From: Rubripirellula sp. | GTDB taxonomy: Bacteria; Planctomycetota; Planctomycetia; Pirellulales; Pirellulaceae | Length of the DNA: 64,000 nt | Direction: 5' to 3' | Assembly: GCA_965216875.1 (NCBI GenBank) | Contig: OZ244207.1 | Span: 3,296,001 to 3,360,000, forward strand | In this document: positions 57,587 through 64,000 of the stretch, in pieces | How positions within the stretch are numbered: position 1 is the first letter of the stretch | How the letters are laid out: each line of letters begins with the position of its first letter | Position numbers and translations under genes: made by a program | Notes under the pieces: model-generated | The model's input: the letters and a program-made list of their open reading frames with translations, nothing else | Databases searched by the model: none | What the model was told of the DNA's origin: nothing

Positions 57587-60500
57587 CTAAGAATCGTCAC
57601 CGATGCAAATGATTTCTTTGCTGGTGCGTTGATAAAACCGTCCGTTGGCCGCTGCCAACGGACTTAGCGACCACGTCTGGCCTGGCAATCCGAAATCGCA
57701 AACATCCAACAAAGCATCAGGGCCAAAGTCTTTGGCCGTCGCGTCGACCACGTAAACCGTCCCCAAGATCGTGCTGAAATAGATCTTGTCGTTGACCACG
57801 ATCGGTGTGGCGGCCGAAACATGTCCGAAACCATGACCGAGTCGACGGCGGTCACCTTCGACCGCGAATCCAGAACCGGTCTCATCCCCCGAACGAAAAT
57901 CGTTCCACGCATAGACGGCCTCTCCATGCTCGATCTTCACTTGCAACGGAACCTGCAGGTAGTTCACTTCGCCCGAGCCGAGATTCACACGCCCGATAAA
58001 TCCTGGCTTGCCACTCAGGAAAAAGTGGTAGTCACCAACACCGATGTTGGTTCGATGCGTTAGCAATCGAGACATCTTTAACTCAGACACATCAACTGGC
58101 TCGTTGTATTTCCCGGTCGCTTCATCAAATGTGATCGCAGTGCCAGCGCCGCTGAGGTTAATCGTCTTGACCGTTTTACCGGTTGCCACATCGAGGACGT
58201 GCATGCTTTTGCGGTCGAAGCAATAGGCATGCTTGTTGTCGATAAAATGCGTTCCTTCAACAAAGAGATTGGGTCGGTCCCAAACCGAGTCGAACGAATC
58301 GTTGAGGCGAGAGAGGCTAAGGCCATAAGGTTTTTCAGGGGGAAAATGACTCCCGCCCTTGGCATGTAAAAGAACGATGTCGCCGTCAAGTTGACCGATC
58401 GCCCCCTTGCTGTGAACGGTGATCCCCCCGGCCATGACACCACTCGGATCGCCGGTCAACGCATCGAAGCTTCGCACGAACATCCACGGCCAACCCGCCT
58501 TGCTGTTCTTGTCATAGTCCTTTGCAGTCTGCGGACGCCGCAGTGGATCGCTTTCGTCACGTAGCGCGGCGTAAAACAGTTTCCCATCGTGCAGGAACGG
58601 CTGAAATTGTTTCGCCGAATGTTTGGTCCGGACTTCGAACGATCTTTCCCACACCAATTCGCCATGAACGGTATAGCAAGCCATGAATCCGCCAGCGTTG
58701 ACGAACCAAACATGCTGGCCGTCAGTAACGGGTGTTGGCGTGGTCGAGTCATTGAACACACCGTTGACCTGATTGGGACGTTTGCCCGGCAGCTCGCAAC
58801 TCCAAAGGATGTCGCCGGTATGGGCAGAAAGACAGAATCCTCGCGTCTCGGCCGCCCATGTTCCGCGTTTGTCATTGTCGGCTTCGGTCAGCTCGCGAAA
58901 ACAAGTCAGAAACAACTTGTCACCCCAAACTGCGATCCCGCTTTGCCCCGTTTCTGGCAGCGGTCGTCTCCACAACACGTTCTTGTTTGTGCTGACACTC
59001 CAACTGGTTGGATACGATCGCGGCGATGTCACCGTGTAGTCTTGGTTGGGGCCCCGATGATTCGCCCATTGATCGCTCGCCTTCACGGCACCAGTCGTTT
59101 TGGCCGAGCCTTCGCCGTCGCGGGTGCGGTACAAGAATGCATCGGAGGTGAGTAATGACGTGAGCAGCGCTTTCATGCTGCCGTTGTTGTCACGATACGC
59201 GTGCCAGGCCGCTTGGAGCACAGGCGCGTCATGAATGGTTTCGTTGCGTCCCATCCAAAACCGAAACACGTGACGTACAAAGACTTGTTCGACCCGCTTG
59301 CTCTCGGCCAACCGATCGATCATTTCGATCGCATTGTCGACCGGGCCATCGAGGTCTTTGTCGCCGCTACCGATCACTTCGCCACTGGTATCCACCGGCT
59401 CTTTGAGTTCGATCGTGCGGTAGAGTCCGAGGTGGTTGTACATTTCAAAAGGCAACCCGAGCGGATCCATCTTTTGATGACAGCGCCAACATTCGCTCTC
59501 GCGAGTGACGCGCATGCGGTGCCGAAGCGTTTGCTTCGGTTCATCCGGCAGCATTGCATCGACCGTGATGGGAACGTCCGGAACGGCACCACCAAGCAGA
59601 CGTTCTCGCACCCATTTGCCGCGCAGAATGGCATGATTGTCCATTGCGTCCGAATGCGAGACCAACCAGCTTGGATGCGTCAGAATCCCGCGACGTTGCT
59701 CGCGTGGAAGCGTCGTCAGTCGCCGCTGCGTCTTTCCGCGTTTGACGACGCGCGCGATGCGAACATGAATCGACTCACCGCCTGGCAGCTCGGCCGGCTC
59801 GATCGTGACGCGGCGTTGATTGCGACGCTTCTTCGGATTCGGATCAGGCTCAGGTTTGTCGCTACTGATGTACTGGCCCAAATAGGCTGCATCGTTGTTG
59901 GGATCAGCAACCACGCGGTCGGTCGTCAGAAGCTGGCGAAGAACCTGTCGATCCTCATGCAAAATCAATTCCACCAAACGATCCGTACTCGCAGTCATCG
60001 CGAACATGGCGCGGTAATGGTTTTGCGGATTTGGCATCCCGCCTGCCGCCAAGAGCGCTTGGTTGTCCTTGCAATTGGCGCCTGCTCGATCGTAGTCAAA
60101 GTACTCTCGAAAGAACTGCAAGAGCCTCGGCTTGCGGATCGAATCGTCCTCGAGAATACGTGCAACTTCTCGCCGAACATCTTCTCGAGTTCGCAGCTGA
60201 CCGCTTGCGGCTGCTTGCTTCAGCTGTGAATCGGGCGGCAAATAACTCAGCGCGGCGTTGATCGCCAACGCAAGTTCCTGGTCCTGGAGCATCACGCGGC
60301 CATGAGCATCTGCGGCACCGGTTTCAACCAGTTCGGCACGAAACAGTGCGTCGCGATCCAAAAAGATCGGTGTCAATCCGAGGATCACACCGTCCTCTTT
60401 GCCAAGGTCGTCGATCGCTTCTTTTGCAACGGCGATGTAGTCGGCCGTTTCTGATTCAGTGGGCGGTCGGCACGTTAATGACTCGAACAAAAACTCGACC

Positions 60501-61468
60501 GCCGCTTTCAAACGCTCGTCCGATACCCCAGGTTCGTTCATCAAGTCATAGACCGGTGTAAGTGGCCGCTTGATCTCCTTGGCATAGAAAAGGCTCTGCG
60601 CGAGCCCACGCAGGTCGCCATGTTTGTACTTCTGATCGATCTCGCTCACCTTGTCGGCGTATTGATAGGGTTCGGCATCCGGGCCGAATGCCATGAACCG
60701 CAAGATGTCTTCAGCATGACTGGCGATCTGCGTCGCTTCCGCACCGTTGACGGAATAGAGAATGGGATAGTTGCGTAGCCCATGATGATCGTCCGTCGTC
60801 AGGATCGGTGGGAATCCGGTGATCGCCGCCGCATAGGCGGCCGTGCCACCGACCCATCCAATCACGCGATCGAGACCATAGTAAACCTTGGTTTCGCCAT
60901 CTTGGTTGGGCTGGATGTGATCTCCTCGAGCGCGCAATCCTGGACGATTGGGATCAAACGCCGGTTCTCGATTGATCAGCGCGCTTAACCGCACGAGATG
61001 TTCTTGAGGATGAATGCGCCAAAGCCGCGCGGGCGATGAGGTCGGTACAAGGCCTTCGGGAATCTCTCCAAACAACAAGTCGTGATCGAGGTGATTCCCT
61101 TTGGCGGGCAGGTGATGCGTCTCGAACCCGCCCCTGTTTTCCATTGCCACCTGCAATTGACTGGTGATCCAGTCGGACAGCTCAAGCCGCCGCATGGGAT
61201 CGGGCGTGTCACCGGAATCCTCGGGAGGCATTTCGCCGAGAGAAACCTGTTCCCAAACCCGCTTCCAAAGTTCGGCGTTTTCAACCGTCACTCCATTCAG
61301 GTCATGCAATGCGACGTCACCTTCCTGAGTGTCACCGTTGTGGCAATCGAGACAGTGATCAGTCAAGAAAGGCTTGATCGTGTTGTCAAAGGAAGCGGCA
61401 TCCTTGGCTTGGGCAGAGAGCGCAGCCAGAGGGATGCACCCTACGAGAAGGACGAGAAGTCTGAGCAT
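57587..61468 (-). CDS. DUF1588/DUF1592-type cytochrome c protein fused to a PQQ/BamB-like beta-propeller
   Basis: CLDCH, RGKWVRERLLGG..CWRCHQKMDPLG; then QWANHRGP, NVLWRRPLP..GQSGIAVWGDKLF, TPTPVTDG, WSLSPLAAANGRFY. Confidence 0.9.
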   Translation of the reverse strand: MLRLLVLLVGCIPLAALSAQAKDAASFDNTIKPFLTDHCLDCHNGDTQEGDVALHDLNGVTVENAELWKRVWEQVSLGEMPPEDSGDTPDPMRRLELSDWITSQLQVAMENRGGFETHHLPAKGNHLDHDLLFGEIPEGLVPTSSPARLWRIHPQEHLVRLSALINREPAFDPNRPGLRARGDHIQPNQDGETKVYYGLDRVIGWVGGTAAYAAAITGFPPILTTDDHHGLRNYPILYSVNGAEATQIASHAEDILRFMAFGPDAEPYQYADKVSEIDQKYKHGDLRGLAQSLFYAKEIKRPLTPVYDLMNEPGVSDERLKAAVEFLFESLTCRPPTESETADYIAVAKEAIDDLGKEDGVILGLTPIFLDRDALFRAELVETGAADAHGRVMLQDQELALAINAALSYLPPDSQLKQAAASGQLRTREDVRREVARILEDDSIRKPRLLQFFREYFDYDRAGANCKDNQALLAAGGMPNPQNHYRAMFAMTASTDRLVELILHEDRQVLRQLLTTDRVVADPNNDAAYLGQYISSDKPEPDPNPKKRRNQRRVTIEPAELPGGESIHVRIARVVKRGKTQRRLTTLPREQRRGILTHPSWLVSHSDAMDNHAILRGKWVRERLLGGAVPDVPITVDAMLPDEPKQTLRHRMRVTRESECWRCHQKMDPLGLPFEMYNHLGLYRTIELKEPVDTSGEVIGSGDKDLDGPVDNAIEMIDRLAESKRVEQVFVRHVFRFWMGRNETIHDAPVLQAAWHAYRDNNGSMKALLTSLLTSDAFLYRTRDGEGSAKTTGAVKASDQWANHRGPNQDYTVTSPRSYPTSWSVSTNKNVLWRRPLPETGQSGIAVWGDKLFLTCFRELTEADNDKRGTWAAETRGFCLSAHTGDILWSCELPGKRPNQVNGVFNDSTTPTPVTDGQHVWFVNAGGFMACYTVHGELVWERSFEVRTKHSAKQFQPFLHDGKLFYAALRDESDPLRRPQTAKDYDKNSKAGWPWMFVRSFDALTGDPSGVMAGGITVHSKGAIGQLDGDIVLLHAKGGSHFPPEKPYGLSLSRLNDSFDSVWDRPNLFVEGTHFIDNKHAYCFDRKSMHVLDVATGKTVKTINLSGAGTAITFDEATGKYNEPVDVSELKMSRLLTHRTNIGVGDYHFFLSGKPGFIGRVNLGSGEVNYLQVPLQVKIEHGEAVYAWNDFRSGDETGSGFAVEGDRRRLGHGFGHVSAATPIVVNDKIYFSTILGTVYVVDATAKDFGPDALLDVCDFGLPGQTWSLSPLAAANGRFYQRTSKEIICIGDDS

Positions 61469-61616
61469 TTGAGCTTGGTCGCGAATAAAAGCGTCAATGA
61501 ATTGTCTTGGCCACCATCGTCATCCGCTGAGATCGGTGAGGCCAACACGAAAGGCCCCACGCTCTTCATGAGCGTGGCAACGATCCTCTCGAGAACCACC
61601 GCAATCGGGACCGCTG

Positions 61617-62951
61617 TTAGGCCATCAGCGACTCGATCGGACCAACCGCCGAGTCATATTTGCTGGCCATGGATCGATCCATGTTGAAGCGGTCGGCGGG
61701 CGCACCAATCGCATGCAACAGCGTTGTGTAGAGGTCGTTGACGGGGCGATGCCCCTCAACGTGTGTGTACTGTCCCGTCTTGATGTTGCCGGCGCAATTG
61801 CCGAGCAGGATGAACGGCCAGTTCGCACCGTTTGTGTGCTGTTTGTCTGCGTTGTTGCTCGTGTAAACGATGAGGGTGTTGTCCATCATCGTGCCATCAC
61901 CTTCGGGCATCGACTCAAGCTCTTGCATCAGCTTCACCAACATCTGGCAGTTGTATTGGCGAATCTTGATCCAGATGGGATTGTCGGGTTGTTTCATGTG
62001 ACCGAGGTTGTGACCTGCCTCGGTAATCCCCAAGCCTTTCCAAGAGCCAAAGATCTCGCCACGCCCTGATCCGATCGTCAGTGTGTTGGTGATGCCCGCC
62101 TTGAGCGTGGCGATGCCAATCTCGAGCAGCGAGTCGTGCCAGTCCGTTTCGAACTCAGGCTTGGTGAACTTCTCGTCGTACTCGGGCGCGAAGCTGCGAA
62201 GATGATCGGACACACCGAGCAAGCGCTCGCGCAACCCATTGATATCTCGAAAGCCATCGACGTAGCTTCCGTAGCGAGCACGATCGCCAGCAGGCAATGA
62301 CGCCTTGCCCTGACCAGCAAGCTGTTCAATCCGGTTAAACACTTTCGAACGGGCTTCATAGCGTCGCTTCACATCGCCAGTGGCGATCCCGCCAAACAGA
62401 AGCTGATAAAGATCGTTCGGATTGGAATGCATGAACAGAGGCTTGCCAGCGTCGGCGGCCGACAAAGTCGCTAGCGTTGGGCGCGAGATCATGTTCTCGA
62501 TCGCATCCATTCCAATGCATAGATGGGGCAAGATCGTTTCGGGAAGCGACTCGCTAATCACATGGTCGATCGTGGGGCCAGCTGGCGGAATACCGATGCC
62601 ACCTCGATAACCGCCCAATGCGCCAAAGAACGCACTGTGCGATGGACTGGTGTGCAGTCCGTGCAAACCCGAGATGATGTTGATCTTGTCTTTGTAGGGT
62701 TCCAACGCGCTAACAGGCTCGGGCAGAGCCACATCGGACAGCGACGTGCTTGCTTTTGCACCGAGCAGTTCTTTCGGAACGCAGGTCGCAGGATCGAGGC
62801 CTTGATTCTGCAGAAAGAAGATGACCCGTTTCGGCTTACCGCTCACGGCCGGTGCTGCCTTGACTTGATCGGGAATCAGGGGAGAACCGAACGCGGCGCC
62901 GAGGCCGGTCGCCACTCCTTGCAGCATCTTTCTGCGGTTCAGCATGATCAT
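61617..62951 (-). CDS. DUF1552 domain protein (Tat-exported)
   Basis: NRRKMLQG Tat signal; [39 protein letters not shown]. Confidence 0.9.
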   Translation of the reverse strand: MIMLNRRKMLQGVATGLGAAFGSPLIPDQVKAAPAVSGKPKRVIFFLQNQGLDPATCVPKELLGAKASTSLSDVALPEPVSALEPYKDKINIISGLHGLHTSPSHSAFFGALGGYRGGIGIPPAGPTIDHVISESLPETILPHLCIGMDAIENMISRPTLATLSAADAGKPLFMHSNPNDLYQLLFGGIATGDVKRRYEARSKVFNRIEQLAGQGKASLPAGDRARYGSYVDGFRDINGLRERLLGVSDHLRSFAPEYDEKFTKPEFETDWHDSLLEIGIATLKAGITNTLTIGSGRGEIFGSWKGLGITEAGHNLGHMKQPDNPIWIKIRQYNCQMLVKLMQELESMPEGDGTMMDNTLIVYTSNNADKQHTNGANWPFILLGNCAGNIKTGQYTHVEGHRPVNDLYTTLLHAIGAPADRFNMDRSMASKYDSAVGPIESLMA

Positions 62952-63172
62952 TCTTTCGGCGGGACTGACGGCCGGCCACGACTCCTCAAAAGAGGGGCAG
63001 GGCGGTATATCAGTTGAAGTAGGTGATGGGTGTGCGCAAACTTATCTGACAGGATGCGCAAGCCAGCCGAATTATTTTAGCTTTCCCAAAACCGGCTGCA
63101 AATTTCCGTGTTTCAAAGTGATACAGCAACCTCTTTGGTCAACCACACCCCCTGAAAAAGCTGGCGGAGCCA

Positions 63173-64000
63173 ATGTTTTCCCCGAGCCCCCGACTCAGCA
63201 ACAACGCTTGCCTGGTCATCCCAATCACGCTCGTTCTCGCCATTTTTCAGACGTGTCACGCTGCTGATGGTGTTAGCCAGCTACTGCTGGACCCAGTCGA
63301 CGCGAAGCGTTCGAGGACGGTACCACTCAAGGTCTACCTGAACCCAACCGCAGAGCCGCAACCGGTGATCTTGTTTTCGCATGGACTTGGCGGTTCGCGG
63401 GAAAACAATGCCTATCTCGGAGTCCATTGGGCAGAAGCTGGGTATGTCGCCGTCTTCATGCAACACGCAGGTAGCGATTTGGACGTTTGGAAAGACGCGA
63501 AGCTTGGCGAGCGATTGAAAGCACTTAAAGAGGCGACCGGCGCCAAGAGTTTGATCGATCGCGCCGAGGACGTTTCCTTTGTGATCGACCAATTGGAAGC
63601 TTGGACTCAAGAGGCAAACCATCCGCTTCACGGCCGCTTGAATCTTGATCGAATTGGCATGAGTGGCCACAGCTTTGGTGCTGCAACCACGATGGCCGTT
63701 TCCGGCCGTAAGTACCCGCTCAATCGAAGCTTCGCCGAAAAGCGGATCGATGCGTTTTTTGCGATGAGTCCCCCACCTGAAAAACGCTTTTCATCCGATC
63801 GCGCATTTGGCCACCTGGCGCAGCCCGTCCTCTGCATGACCGGCACCGAAGATGCCAGCCCGATCGACCCAACCGTCAAGCCTGAGCAACGACTGAGAGT
63901 ATTCGAAGCGATGCCAAGCCCCGACAAATATCAACTGGTTCTCGACGGCGGTGAGCATCATGCATTCGGAGACAGCAAGGGACGCCGCAATCGGAAAAGG
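63173..64000 (+). CDS. Exported alpha/beta hydrolase (dienelactone hydrolase-like); truncated at window edge
   Basis: Not in the ORF track. Manual translation from ATG 63173 (GGAG RBS) gives MFSPSP..VILFSHGLGGSR..MQHAGSD..GMSGHSFG..TGTED..GGEHHAFG. Confidence 0.9.
   Translation, partial: MFSPSPRLSNNACLVIPITLVLAIFQTCHAADGVSQLLLDPVDAKRSRTVPLKVYLNPTAEPQPVILFSHGLGGSRENNAYLGVHWAEAGYVAVFMQHAGSDLDVWKDAKLGERLKALKEATGAKSLIDRAEDVSFVIDQLEAWTQEANHPLHGRLNLDRIGMSGHSFGAATTMAVSGRKYPLNRSFAEKRIDAFFAMSPPPEKRFSSDRAFGHLAQPVLCMTGTEDASPIDPTVKPEQRLRVFEAMPSPDKYQLVLDGGEHHAFGDSKGRRNRKR

Overview
Chromosomal window from a planctomycete. Pirellulaceae-like origin is inferred from DUF1552/DUF1592-type pairs, sulfatases, an ECF-FecR pair and the REP types. 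It holds about 42 CDS and one tRNA-Val(CAC). Left to right: a TetR-RND efflux operon (permease truncated at the edge), MFS transporter, two TatA/B-family genes, BON protein, DUF4416, PLP aminotransferase, a 61-aa small protein, groES-groEL under a consensus sigma54 promoter, an esterase/SMP-30 fusion, a hemerythrin-like protein plus receiver, a DUF1592/DUF1552 pair, two large tandem flagellins, a NarL regulator, a disordered membrane-anchored protein, a NUDIX-cysteine desulfurase pair, two sulfatases and a GT2. Then come a ~16 kb minus-strand MoxR/DUF58/vWA/vWA/DUF4175-like/DUF4159 cluster, an ECF sigma/FecR pair, an ABM monooxygenase, a second DUF1552/DUF1588 pair fused to a PQQ-like propeller, and a truncated alpha/beta hydrolase. 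The best candidate for an undescribed system is the MoxR-vWA cluster. It extends into an exported thiol/heme redox module: a CCCC-bearing DUF4159, a degenerate UshA-like PCGC domain fused to a tetraheme cytochrome c, a WCGPC thioredoxin-HEAT giant and a SIMPL-like protein. Intergenic DNA carries several REP-like families, some supplying stop codons. I saw no transposase, integrase, CRISPR or rRNA. All family assignments come from motif recognition by eye, not database searches, and many start codons are best guesses.
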